Shown in pieces: positions 45,854 to 55,336 of a DNA stretch of 64,000 nucleotides. Each line of letters opens with the position of its first letter. Within the stretch, counting starts at the first letter, position 1. The position numbers and the translations under genes were made by a program. A model generated the notes under the pieces. That model had not been told where the DNA came from. It was given only the letters and a program-made list of their open reading frames with translations, and made no database searches. This DNA comes from Lachnospiraceae bacterium (GTDB lineage: Bacteria > Bacillota > Clostridia > Lachnospirales > Lachnospiraceae): positions 79,034 through 143,033 of the forward strand of contig JAGBBP010000014.1 of the NCBI GenBank assembly GCA_017938405.1, given 5' to 3'.

Positions 45854-48250
45854 TTAGCCCATCACTGCCACAATGTTATTTACGTCCGCAAGCTTTTCTT
45901 CCGGAAGATAATTGCCGGCAAGTTCTTCGCCGTTTACGATAAGCTTCACCACACCGCTCTCCACATGTGCGGAGTTATCGATATTGATGATAAGCTTCTT
46001 ACCGCGGAAGGTCTTCTCAATCTTAAAGCCATCCCATGCAGACGGAATAGACGGAGCGATTTCAAGACCACCAAGGTCCGGACGCATACCGCAGATACCC
46101 TCTACACAACCAACCATAACGGTGGATGCGGTACCGGTCAGCCAGTGTACGTGTGCACGGCCTTCGTACGGAGACAATCTACTCTCAGTGAACTGACTGT
46201 GTACATACGGCTCACAAACACGAACCTCTGCCTTGTCGTTCATGGCAATCGGTGCACATTCCATAAAGTACTCGAAAGCACGATTACCGTGACCCAGTAA
46301 GGATTCCGCAAGAATCAGCCAACCCTGGGTCTGGGAGAAGATACCACCGTTCTCCTTAACGTCAAGGTTATAAACCTTCATTAACGCATCTTCAAAGTAA
46401 TGCTTCTTGTACGGCGGATCAAATAACTTTGCACCGTACGGTGTATTCAATAACTCATAAACGCTGTTCATTGCGGTCTCTGCGCGCTCACCCTCCGCAA
46501 ACTTGGAAATAACACTCCAGCTCTGCGGATTCAGCCACATATTTGCCTCCGGGTCCTTCTTCGCACCAACCACAACGCCGTCTTCACGAATACCGCGGAT
46601 AAACCGATCCTCATCCCAGCACTTTTCTAAGGAAGCACCAAGCTTTGCCTGTACCTCATCCAGGTAAGCAATATAAGCGGTATCGTTCTTGTACTCTGCC
46701 ATCTTACGAAGCTCGGACATTGCATAATAGAGCTGGAATGCAACGAAGGTGGACTCGCCCTTTGCACCGAGACGTAAGCAGTCGTTCCAGTCTGCATGCA
46801 AGCCTGCCGGCATATCATGGTCACCGAGACGCTCCATGGAGAAGTTGATGGCTCTCTTTAAGTGCTCGTAAACCGTATCCTCGCCGCCGTTTGCATAAAC
46901 GATAACCTCGTCTAAGAATGCCTTGTTTCCGCTCTCACCGATGTACTTCACAACCGTCGGGAACAACCAGAGGGCATCATCCGCACGATAGGACGGATGA
47001 CCGGTCTCTCTAACGTATTCCGGATCGTCCGGCGTATTCTCAAAGCCGGCCTTATGGTCAAACTTAACAAGCGGAAGTCCGCCGCCGTTGTCTACCTGTG
47101 CGGAAAGCATGAAACGAATCTTATCTCCCGCCATCTCCGGATTCAAATGGGTAATACCCTGAATATCCTGCACGGTATCACGATAGCCGTAACCGTTTCT
47201 TAAACCACAGTAAATAAGAGACGCTGCTCTGGACCAGATAAAGGTAATGAAACACTGGTACGCATTCCATACGTTAAGCATATTGTTAAACTCGTCGGAC
47301 GGAGTCGTTACCTTAAAATTATCCAGCTGACCGTGCCAGAAGTTCTTTAATTCCGCGATTTCCGCATCTACCTTTCCGGCAACCTTGTACTCGTTCAAAA
47401 TTGCCGTTGCCGCTACATCATCTCTCTGACCGAGGATGTAAATAAGCTCCTTCGTTTCTCCTGCCTTTAATACAAAATCGGACTGCAGGGCACCGCAGGA
47501 ATTACTACAATAGTTCATTACATTGTCACACTGACCGCGCTCTACCGCAATCGGATTGGAGTAACTTCTGTACGGTCCTACAAAATTGCTAAGGCTTCCG
47601 TTGTATGCAGATACCGGAGCTCCTACCATACCGAAGAAACGCTCTCTGTGATTGGAGCCTGTCTCATCTACGCCCAGATGCTCGTTGATGTGCTGTAAAA
47701 TCTTATTTTCGGAAAAGCTGGTACGGGTAATAAACAGGGTGTACTGTAAATTCACCTGATCCTGCTCATAGTTGTTGTCATTGGTAAACTCAATAAAACC
47801 GAAGGTGGAAAGGTTTCTGTCCTTACCGGAATTATTGGTAATCTTCGTACGCCATACCTCGTAGGTCTTACCCTGCGGAACATAGTAAGTGGTCTCGGAC
47901 TTGATATCTAAGTACTCTGCGGTCATCACCGTATAAGCGGTACCGTGACGGCATTCACTCTTGTAGGTATCAAGCGGCTTTCCTACCGGCTGCCAGGAAG
48001 CGGACCAGTAATCCTTCGCATCGTTATCGCGGATATAGATGTATCTTCCCGGAAGGGCCATCTCGGAGTTGAAACGATAACGGGTAATACGTCCGTTTGC
48101 ACCGGATTTAATAAAGCTGTAACCTGCCGCATTATTGGAAATAATTGCGCCGTACTCCGGGTCTCCCAAATAGTTCGCCCACGGTGCCGGGGTATCCGGT
48201 CTCGTAATCACGTATTCTTTGTTCTCCAAATCAAAATAACCGTACTTCAT
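45854..48250 (-). CDS. GH94 glycoside phosphorylase (cellobiose / N,N'-diacetylchitobiose phosphorylase type)
   Basis: 798 aa. The N-terminus MKYGYFDLENKEYVITRPDTPAPWANYLG and the length match GH94 disaccharide phosphorylases. Substrate is not resolved. Confidence 0.85.
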   Translation of the reverse strand: MKYGYFDLENKEYVITRPDTPAPWANYLGDPEYGAIISNNAAGYSFIKSGANGRITRYRFNSEMALPGRYIYIRDNDAKDYWSASWQPVGKPLDTYKSECRHGTAYTVMTAEYLDIKSETTYYVPQGKTYEVWRTKITNNSGKDRNLSTFGFIEFTNDNNYEQDQVNLQYTLFITRTSFSENKILQHINEHLGVDETGSNHRERFFGMVGAPVSAYNGSLSNFVGPYRSYSNPIAVERGQCDNVMNYCSNSCGALQSDFVLKAGETKELIYILGQRDDVAATAILNEYKVAGKVDAEIAELKNFWHGQLDNFKVTTPSDEFNNMLNVWNAYQCFITFIWSRAASLIYCGLRNGYGYRDTVQDIQGITHLNPEMAGDKIRFMLSAQVDNGGGLPLVKFDHKAGFENTPDDPEYVRETGHPSYRADDALWLFPTVVKYIGESGNKAFLDEVIVYANGGEDTVYEHLKRAINFSMERLGDHDMPAGLHADWNDCLRLGAKGESTFVAFQLYYAMSELRKMAEYKNDTAYIAYLDEVQAKLGASLEKCWDEDRFIRGIREDGVVVGAKKDPEANMWLNPQSWSVISKFAEGERAETAMNSVYELLNTPYGAKLFDPPYKKHYFEDALMKVYNLDVKENGGIFSQTQGWLILAESLLGHGNRAFEYFMECAPIAMNDKAEVRVCEPYVHSQFTESRLSPYEGRAHVHWLTGTASTVMVGCVEGICGMRPDLGGLEIAPSIPSAWDGFKIEKTFRGKKLIINIDNSAHVESGVVKLIVNGEELAGNYLPEEKLADVNNIVAVMG

Positions 48251-48316
48251 GAAAATACTCCTTTCAAAATTGTTACTTTTGTAAACCCTTTAATTTCATT
48301 ACAAAAACCTACCCTA

Positions 48317-48345
48317 ATTTTACCACAAATTAATACTTTTGTCTA
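48317..48345 (-). promoter_or_regulatory. Candidate promoter of the GH94 gene
   Basis: The minus strand reads TAGACA, a 17-nt spacer, then TAAAAT with TG one nt upstream. The -35 overlaps one TACTTTTGT repeat. Confidence 0.5.
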
Positions 48346-48399
48346 ACAATTTTTTTATGATAAACGCAAGAAAAAATTGTACAAACCTATTATCATTCA

Positions 48400-48428
48400 T
48401 TGACATTCTATTTCCGCAGTGCTACACT
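48400..48428 (+). promoter_or_regulatory. Candidate promoter of the AraC-family gene
   Basis: TTGACA (48400-48405), a 17-nt spacer, then TACACT (48423-48428). Confidence 0.55.
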
Positions 48429-48471
48429 TAGCCTATAATACTTTCTGTATTATCTTAAGGAGGTTTATATC

Positions 48472-49323
48472 ATGCAACTGTACGAATTTTCTGATGTTCT
48501 GAATCAACCTTACGAAGTTTATTTATCGGAAGAAAAATCCTTTCCGTTACACTGGCACTATTACAGCGAAATATTGTACATAAAAAAGGGCTCCATCCGA
48601 ATCACCTGTAACGAACAGGAATATATTCTGCAGGAAGGTGACCTTTGTTATTTCTATCCTCTTCAGCTTCATGAAATAGCCGCAACCGATGAACTTCCGG
48701 TGGAATATACCGTGGTGAAGTTTGACTTTCACACCCTGACGCTTCCGCCTGCTCATCAGGCAAAACTATACGACTACTTCATTCATCGTACCCATTCCGA
48801 TGATTTCTGCATTCTCATCCGTCATGAAGCTTTAAACACGACACCGATGCATACGTATATGGACCATATCTTTTTCACCTATCAAACCAAGGATGAGTTT
48901 TTCTCCTTGCAAATGCAGGCAGATATTTACAGTATTCTGATCGAAATCGCAAAAAAATCAAACAAAACAATCGGAACCGTGAACCGGCGCCGTAATGATA
49001 CCGATTTCACCTTCCATCATATTCTGGAGTACATCGATACCCATTCCGGTGAATCCCTGGAAATTCAGGAACTGGCGGAAATGTGCCATATGAGCTACTC
49101 TCACTTTGCAAAACTGTTCCGGGAAAACTACGGCCGTTCCTGCAAGGAATACATTACTTATATCCGGTTGGTAAAAGCCCAGGACTATTTACTGCATACC
49201 GATTATGATATCAATTATATTGCCTTGGAAACCGGATTTTTCGATTGTAGTCATTTTATCCGGACCTATAAAAAGTGGAAAGGCATTACGCCAAAGCAGG
49301 AACGAATGTACAAGTCTATCTGA
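48472..49323 (+). CDS. AraC-family transcriptional regulator (cupin sensor + HTH)
   Basis: 283 aa. N-terminal cupin-like domain and a C-terminal double HTH (ELAEMCHMSYSHFAKLFRENYG...YIALETGFFDCSHFIRTYKKWKG). Divergent from the GH94 gene. Confidence 0.9.
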   Translation: MQLYEFSDVLNQPYEVYLSEEKSFPLHWHYYSEILYIKKGSIRITCNEQEYILQEGDLCYFYPLQLHEIAATDELPVEYTVVKFDFHTLTLPPAHQAKLYDYFIHRTHSDDFCILIRHEALNTTPMHTYMDHIFFTYQTKDEFFSLQMQADIYSILIEIAKKSNKTIGTVNRRRNDTDFTFHHILEYIDTHSGESLEIQELAEMCHMSYSHFAKLFRENYGRSCKEYITYIRLVKAQDYLLHTDYDINYIALETGFFDCSHFIRTYKKWKGITPKQERMYKSI

Positions 49324-49585
49324 TCGTAAAAAACAGATAAACCGCCACACCGAGTTCAAGAACCAGAATCAAAGGAACAGTAACATAAAACTTTGGTTTT
49401 TTCGTCTTGTGCCGGAAAAAGGACATGCCGGCCAAGGCTCCGAATACACCGCACACTGCCGCACCCAGTAAGGTCGCTTCCGGAATTCTCCACTTTTTAT
49501 GAACCGCCTTGTACTTATCGATTCCATACAAAGAAAATACGATAAGATTTACCGCCAAATAGCCAAGCAATAACCATTTTCCCAT
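49316..49585 (-). CDS. DUF1294 small membrane protein
   Basis: 89 aa. YGIDKYKA..KKWRIPE..L and FRHKT motifs typical of DUF1294. Confidence 0.8.
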   Translation of the reverse strand: MGKWLLLGYLAVNLIVFSLYGIDKYKAVHKKWRIPEATLLGAAVCGVFGALAGMSFFRHKTKKPKFYVTVPLILVLELGVAVYLFFTIR

Positions 49586-49698
49586 TCCTGCACACCTCCT
49601 GTCATCCTCGTCCTTCTATTGCTTTCATTCTACCATAAACCAGTCCGTATAACTATCATCCATTCTTTCTTTTTATCAAAATCTTAGCCTGATTTCCA

Positions 49699-49727
49699 TT
49701 GAATTTTCCAAAAAAATATGATAAAAT
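49699..49727 (+). promoter_or_regulatory. Extended -10 promoter of the orphan gene at 49757
   Basis: TTGAAT (49699-49704), a 17-nt spacer, then TAAAAT (49722-49727), with TG at 49719-49720. Confidence 0.6.
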
Positions 49728-49756
49728 AAAGTTAAGATAAAGAAAGGAGGATTGCC

Positions 49757-50248
49757 ATGTTATCACCTATCGGAAACAGTTACGGCTATTACACATCCAG
49801 CCCTTATGCCACCGGTCATACCGCGGCAGCGGCACGTACCGCACTGCTCAACAGTAATCATGACGCCTCCTTGGAAGTTCAGGCTGTCAATGAGGTTCCG
49901 GAGGTCTTTTCCAACGAGGAGACCGAGCGGGTGGAACGTACCCCGGAACAGCAATCACAGGATCGTCTGAATGCTTACGAAATGATGAATTCCTTAAACT
50001 TTCGGGATGCTGAGCATTTAAATGCCCCCCCGGAGTTCATGACCCAGAAGCCGTTTGATTCATCGGAGCTTTACACCGGCAGACCGAAAAAGTCCATTGA
50101 TGTTACGGTACAGGATACGGTGGTTGACAATCTGAAACGGCCGAATTTGTTCCACACTTCTTCCCGGCCGAAAAACGGATACGAAGCTCACCTAAACGCT
50201 TACAACGCTTATACAAACAATAACAGAGGCTTCTACGCCATGGCGTAA
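49757..50248 (+). CDS. Orphan 163-aa protein, predicted largely disordered, Tyr/Asn-rich termini
   Basis: Strong RBS AAAGGAGG 6 nt before the ATG, with its own promoter and terminator. No signal peptide, TM helix or known motif. Confidence 0.6.
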   Translation: MLSPIGNSYGYYTSSPYATGHTAAAARTALLNSNHDASLEVQAVNEVPEVFSNEETERVERTPEQQSQDRLNAYEMMNSLNFRDAEHLNAPPEFMTQKPFDSSELYTGRPKKSIDVTVQDTVVDNLKRPNLFHTSSRPKNGYEAHLNAYNAYTNNNRGFYAMA

Positions 50249-50265
50249 AAGCCTCTTCTCTTTTT
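50225..50265 (+). terminator. Rho-independent terminator of the orphan gene
   Basis: Stem AGAGGCTT/AAGCCTCT spanning the stop codon, followed by TCTCTTTTT. Confidence 0.7.
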
Positions 50266-50270
50266 AGAAT

Positions 50271-50747
50271 CTAATTATTTCTTTGTGCCGCCAGTACACA
50301 ATCAATAGCAAGCACCACCGCTAATGCCACGATTTCATCTTCCGGATTTTCGATATCCAGTTCATAACAATCGCCCCAGGTAAACCATTCCTTACTGATA
50401 CTTACAATGGTACTGCCGTCTTTTGTAATCTCGTAATCATGGTCCCAAAAGTCTCCGTCAATCTCCCATCCTAAACCGTCAATCCGGTACTTCGGCTTAA
50501 AAAATGTGAACTCCTTTACGATTTCCGCAATATCCTGCCCCTCAATAGACACGATAAACTTCGGCAAAAGAGTAAATATCTCCTGCCGGATAAAAGCTGC
50601 CTCTCTTTGTGCATGGTCATACACATGAAGCTTTTTCCCCCAGGAAAAGAACTCCCCTTCCACATAATAGCGCTCTTCCCCGTTTTCATCGTAAATACTG
50701 AACTTATCGTTCCAGGAAAAAATCTTCTGCTTGATGTACAATTTCAT
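50271..50747 (-). CDS. LURP-one-related / DUF567 (tubby C-terminal-like, YxjI-type) protein
   Basis: 158 aa. MKLYIKQKIFSW.DKF.IYDENGE..Y.V.G..FSWGKKLH is the family pattern as I remember it. Confidence 0.75.
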   Translation of the reverse strand: MKLYIKQKIFSWNDKFSIYDENGEERYYVEGEFFSWGKKLHVYDHAQREAAFIRQEIFTLLPKFIVSIEGQDIAEIVKEFTFFKPKYRIDGLGWEIDGDFWDHDYEITKDGSTIVSISKEWFTWGDCYELDIENPEDEIVALAVVLAIDCVLAAQRNN

Positions 50748-50815
50748 TTTACAATCCCCCTAATCTACTTTTTTATCTTATGAGTTTTCTTCCGTAAAAG
50801 AACCTCTTAAGCATC

Positions 50816-51505
50816 CTACTTTCTCTTCCGCGCTTTCCAGTAAGCCTTATCCTCATCACTTACCCGATAGGACTCACACATCTTCTGAATTGCCTTATTA
50901 TAGGTCCAATCCTGCAACTTGTTCTTTTCCAGATATTTCGCCGTCTCCTTCGGAAACTTTGCATAGGCTGTGGCGACACACCATGCCACACCCATTCTCG
51001 TATAATACCCGTCATACTGCAATGTATCCATAACCGCCAAAACCCGGTCAATGTACTCCGGTACAAGAAAATGACTCATCAAAAGTACAGCCACCACCCG
51101 TTGCGAAAACTCTTCTTCTTTTTTTGCGTAGCCCATCAGCCAGTTAAACACTCGCTCCGGATACTTTCTTGCAACAGAAAAATTCTGACAGAAACTGTCG
51201 TTTACGGACCAGTCTTTGATTGTCGGAACAAACCGGTCCGCATAAGACAGTATGGTCTCGATATCATCCTTTGCATAGCCCAAAACATAGGCTTTCAACG
51301 TCTCGTACTCAAAATAATCCTCGGGACACTTCTCCAAAAAATCCTTATAATCCGTCTTCGCAATTTCCTTTGCAAGCTTCCGAAGCTCCGGCAGACGCAC
51401 CCCTAACATAGGTTTACAGTTCGGATTTAATCCGCTGCTGAAATCCGCCAGTTTCTCATCTGCCAACGCCCGCAGGCGTGGCTCCAGTTCCGTTCTCCAG
51501 TCCAT
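50816..51505 (-). CDS. DNA alkylation repair protein (AlkD-like HEAT-repeat family)
   Basis: 229 aa. LGVRLPELRKLAK and DWSVNDSFC motifs of the DNA_alkylation family. Confidence 0.8.
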   Translation of the reverse strand: MDWRTELEPRLRALADEKLADFSSGLNPNCKPMLGVRLPELRKLAKEIAKTDYKDFLEKCPEDYFEYETLKAYVLGYAKDDIETILSYADRFVPTIKDWSVNDSFCQNFSVARKYPERVFNWLMGYAKKEEEFSQRVVAVLLMSHFLVPEYIDRVLAVMDTLQYDGYYTRMGVAWCVATAYAKFPKETAKYLEKNKLQDWTYNKAIQKMCESYRVSDEDKAYWKARKRK

Positions 51506-51568
51506 TTACTTCCCCCTCTTCATAACAAACTTATTTTATATCCTCTCACAAAATAACCGCTCCCCGCG

Positions 51569-52963
51569 TTATGACACAATCTTGTTAATCCAAATACCGC
51601 TCTTAATCATTATTGCACCGATAATACACTTCCCGATTTCGATAAACTGACAGCAGAAAAACAACGGTACAATCGGAAGCGCTGTGTAACGGCTCAGGCA
51701 GTAAGCTAACGGTGCTACCAACAACCAAACATAGCAACTGTCAAACAAAATCGTAATAAAGGTCTTGCCTCCGGAACGCAATGTAAAATAAGCCGCGTTT
51801 GCATAGGCACCGATCGGCATACAGCAAGCTGCAATCCGCATAAAACTGCCGGCCATGGCATGGCTGTTTGCACTTACTCCCTTATAAATCAACGGGAATA
51901 CCGGAGATAGCGCAAACAAAGCAGCTGCAAACAACAGACAGCTTACCACGGAAAACGCAATCAGTTTCCGGTCCGTCTCTACCGCTTCCTCCGTCTTTCC
52001 TGCTCCTAACATCTGTCCGATAATAATACCGATGGCACTACCCATGGCAATAAAAGACACATTAAATACATTGGAAATGGTGGAAGAAATATTCACTGCC
52101 GGCACCACATCAAAGCCTCGTACGGAATAACACTGATTCAAAAATGCCATACCACCGGCCCATAAAGTTTCATTCAATAACAGCGGAATTCCTTTTTGTA
52201 AAATCCCTTTTACAAGATATCCCGGTACCTTAAAGCTCTTATAGGCTCCCACAATAAATGTATACTTTTTCTTCTTCCGGTGTACCGCAATGATTACAAT
52301 CGCCGCTTCCGCAAAACGGGAAATCACCGTTGCAATTGCAGCCCCTGCGGCGCCTAACGCCGGAAATCCAAGCAAACCGAAAATAAGTACCAGATTAAAG
52401 AAGAAATTCACCACCACTGCCACAATACCGGATACCATCGGTAAAATCGTCTCTCCGGTCTCTCGTAAAGTAGACGCATAACATTGGGACACACAAAACG
52501 GAATGAAGCCGATTAACATAATCCACAAATATTGTTTCGCATATCCGAAACACGCCTCAATCTGCAACGCATCGCCTTCCCCCTGAAGATACAACCGAAT
52601 CAAAGTATCTCCAAAGCCCATAAAGATCACCATTCCTGCCAAAGTCAGCAAAAGACAACTGAGCATTTTAAAACGAAAGGTATCCCGAACACCCTTCATG
52701 TCACCGCTTCCGTAAAACTGGGCACCGAAAATACCTGCACCGGATACCGCTCCGAAAATCATCAAATTAAAAACAAATATTAACTGGTTTACAATGGAAA
52801 CACCGCTCATCTGCTCTGCGCTGACATTTCCCACCATAATATTATCTAACATACTGACAAAATTAGAAATACCGTTCTGAATCATAATCGGTACCGCAAT
52901 TCCCAGAGTCATCCGATAAAAGGCCTTATCGCCCACATACCGTTTCTTTAATTTCTGTAACAT
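51569..52963 (-). CDS. MATE-family efflux transporter
   Basis: Start set to ATG 52961-52963 after AGGAG. 12-TM profile and the N-terminal LGIAVPIMIQNGISNFVSMLDNIMVG pattern. Confidence 0.9.
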   Translation of the reverse strand: MLQKLKKRYVGDKAFYRMTLGIAVPIMIQNGISNFVSMLDNIMVGNVSAEQMSGVSIVNQLIFVFNLMIFGAVSGAGIFGAQFYGSGDMKGVRDTFRFKMLSCLLLTLAGMVIFMGFGDTLIRLYLQGEGDALQIEACFGYAKQYLWIMLIGFIPFCVSQCYASTLRETGETILPMVSGIVAVVVNFFFNLVLIFGLLGFPALGAAGAAIATVISRFAEAAIVIIAVHRKKKKYTFIVGAYKSFKVPGYLVKGILQKGIPLLLNETLWAGGMAFLNQCYSVRGFDVVPAVNISSTISNVFNVSFIAMGSAIGIIIGQMLGAGKTEEAVETDRKLIAFSVVSCLLFAAALFALSPVFPLIYKGVSANSHAMAGSFMRIAACCMPIGAYANAAYFTLRSGGKTFITILFDSCYVWLLVAPLAYCLSRYTALPIVPLFFCCQFIEIGKCIIGAIMIKSGIWINKIVS

Positions 52964-53049
52964 TTTCTTACTCCTAACTTCACAACACTGCATTTTCTTC
53001 TATGTTCTTTCATGCACTAACGCATCAAACAAGCCCATGTAGCAAAACA

Positions 53050-53075
53050 GGGCCGTGCACTTTGTGCCACAGCCC
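53050..53075 (-). terminator. Imperfect hairpin after the his operon / small ORF
   Basis: A GC-rich stem with bulges (GGGCCGTGCAC / GTGCCACAGCCC) followed on the minus strand by TGTTTTG. Confidence 0.3.
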
Positions 53076-53096
53076 CAATTGACTTATTCCATTCCT

Positions 53097-53231
53097 CTAC
53101 TCATTCTCTTCCACGGTTGCCGTATTCTTTCTCTTTCGCAACCAGATTCCGAATAAAATCGCACCAAAGGCAACCGCACCCAATACAATAAACTTTAATC
53201 CATACTCTACCAATGCACCTAAAAATTCCAT
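53097..53231 (-). CDS. Unlisted 44-aa single-TM ORF downstream of hisIE
   Basis: Hand translation: MEFLGALVEYGLKFIVLGAVAFGAILFGIWLRKRKNTATVEENE. ATG 53229-53231 lies 30 nt after the hisIE stop. The RBS is weak (AGGCGG). It falls below the ORF-track length cut-off. Confidence 0.3.
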   Translation of the reverse strand: MEFLGALVEYGLKFIVLGAVAFGAILFGIWLRKRKNTATVEENE

Positions 53232-53261
53232 ACAACCTACCGCCTTTCTGCAATTTCTATG

Positions 53262-54539
53262 TTATCTGCGATGAGCCAGCTCCGTCATCACATCATCCCA
53301 GTTCAAATTACATTCTACCATAAGCACGGACAAATGATACAAAAAGTCTGCAATTTCGTACTTTAATTCCTCCGCTTCCGGATTCTTTGCCGCAATGACA
53401 ATCTCCGTAGCCTCTTCCCCGCACTTCTTTAAAATCTTATCAATACCCTTCTCAAATAAGTAGTTGGTATAAGAACCTTCCTTCGGATGATTTTTTCTGT
53501 CTACAATCGTAGAATATAACTCTTCCAACACTTCCTGCGGAGCCAAAGCTTCCTTCGTTCCTTCTACCAGATCGGTGTAGAAACAACTGGTGTGCCCCGT
53601 ATGACAAGCCGGTCCGATCGGATATACCTTCGCCAAAATGGTATCCTTGTCGCAGTCAATGGAAAGAGACTTCACGTATTGATAATTACCGGAAGTTTCG
53701 CCCTTTAACCAAAGCTCCTGGCGACTGCGGGAATAATAGGTCATACGACCGTCCTCAATGGTCTTATTATAAGACTCCTCGTTCATATACGCAAGCATCA
53801 AAACTTCGCTGGTACGGTAATCCTGCACCACCACCGGTACCAGTCCGGCCGCATCCTTCTTAAATTCGGAAAACGGCATGGAGCTCTCCAAATGATACAT
53901 ATCGATACCGCTTACCGTAAGGTTTTCCTTTACTCTGCGAATATCCTTATTTCTGTAATAATTTGTGGCAAGGATGGATACGCCCTCCGTACCTAACATA
54001 TCTTCTACGGAATTACGAACCAGACTGTCACGAATCATAACCGGAACAGATATCGTCTTAACATATGCAGTCAGACTCGGACCTAAGGTCACATGCTTCA
54101 ACATTATACCGCCGGCACCAAGCCCGCAGGCCTTTGCCACCTTTGCGGAAAGGGCTGCCACGCCTTCTTCACAATCTGCCTTGGAGGCATTTAATTCCAC
54201 ATAAATCTTTTCACTGCCGAAACGGTCCACAGACTCCTTAATAACGCCCCAATCCTCCAGCCCGTCTGCCGGAATCACAACCGCGGATGCACCGGTATAA
54301 AAGGCCTTCTTTACGTCTTCAAACCGGGCCACATGACATCCTACAAAGTAATCCAGTGCCAAATCCTCGGTCACACGTTTTACCATATGGAAAAACTCTT
54401 CCTTATAAGTGTCTTCCGCAATATAACTGTAAAGGAACAGACCATCCGCACCGTTTAAGAAATAACGGTTCACGGCTTCTGCCACGTTCTCTTCGAATTC
54501 ACTCTCCGTATTGATATAAGCAAATAATTTCTTTCGCAT
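53262..54539 (-). CDS. hisIE: Fusion: degenerate HisF-like (beta/alpha)8 domain + phosphoribosyl-AMP cyclohydrolase / phosphoribosyl-ATP pyrophosphatase
   Basis: The C-terminal ~215 aa carry HisI (VVVQDY...[18 protein letters not shown]) and HisE ([33 protein letters not shown]) blocks. The N-terminal ~210 aa align by hand to HisF but lack its catalytic and phosphate-binding residues. Confidence 0.85.
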   Translation of the reverse strand: MRKKLFAYINTESEFEENVAEAVNRYFLNGADGLFLYSYIAEDTYKEEFFHMVKRVTEDLALDYFVGCHVARFEDVKKAFYTGASAVVIPADGLEDWGVIKESVDRFGSEKIYVELNASKADCEEGVAALSAKVAKACGLGAGGIMLKHVTLGPSLTAYVKTISVPVMIRDSLVRNSVEDMLGTEGVSILATNYYRNKDIRRVKENLTVSGIDMYHLESSMPFSEFKKDAAGLVPVVVQDYRTSEVLMLAYMNEESYNKTIEDGRMTYYSRSRQELWLKGETSGNYQYVKSLSIDCDKDTILAKVYPIGPACHTGHTSCFYTDLVEGTKEALAPQEVLEELYSTIVDRKNHPKEGSYTNYLFEKGIDKILKKCGEEATEIVIAAKNPEAEELKYEIADFLYHLSVLMVECNLNWDDVMTELAHRR

Positions 54540-54553
54540 GCTTTCTCCTTTCC

Positions 54554-55273
54554 TTAGCGTTCGAAGCGCTCCACTGCTTCCGCAAGGTTAATTCTCTTTT
54601 CGTAAATCGCCTTGCCGATGATAGCCCCGGCACATCCGATTTCATTGAGGCGTACCAAATCCTCCATACAGGACACCCCGCCGGAAGCAATAATCTCCAT
54701 ACCGGTTTCCTTTATCATCTCTTCCGTACGCTCGAAATTCGGTCCCGTAAGCATACCGTCTCTTGCAATATCGGTATAAATCACGGTCGTTGCACCCAGC
54801 TTTTTCATCTCTAACGCAAATGCTACCGCAGAACGGTCACTGACCGTTTCCCATCCTTCGATGGCAACCATACCGTCCTTGGCATCGATTCCGATCACCA
54901 CACGGTCGGCACCGAACTCCTCGATGGCTTCCTTAATAAACTGCGGTTCTTTTACTGCCTTCGTACCTATAATAACACGATTCAGTCCTAAATTCAACTT
55001 CGACTTGATATCTTCCATGGTACGAATGCCGCCACCGATTTCCGTGCCGATAGAAACATTCTTTACAATCTCGGAAATCGCCTCTGCATTTGCGGTATGG
55101 CCCGCCAAAGCACCGTCTAAGTCCACAATATGAATAAAGGACGCTCCTGCCGCCTCAAACTCCTTTGCCACGGTGTACGGCTTCTCCGCATATACGTTTA
55201 CGTCGGAAAATACGCCCTGACAAAGACGCACGCACTGTCCGTTCTTAATATCAATTGCCGGATATAATTTCAT
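54554..55273 (-). CDS. hisA: ProFAR isomerase
   Basis: 239 aa. [25 protein letters not shown] and IIASGGVS motifs. Confidence 0.9.
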   Translation of the reverse strand: MKLYPAIDIKNGQCVRLCQGVFSDVNVYAEKPYTVAKEFEAAGASFIHIVDLDGALAGHTANAEAISEIVKNVSIGTEIGGGIRTMEDIKSKLNLGLNRVIIGTKAVKEPQFIKEAIEEFGADRVVIGIDAKDGMVAIEGWETVSDRSAVAFALEMKKLGATTVIYTDIARDGMLTGPNFERTEEMIKETGMEIIASGGVSCMEDLVRLNEIGCAGAIIGKAIYEKRINLAEAVERFER

Positions 55274-55336
55274 TCCAATTCTCCTTCTTCATGGCTGCCT
55301 GCTATTGCAGACAACCGGTTATTTTTCTCTCAGATT

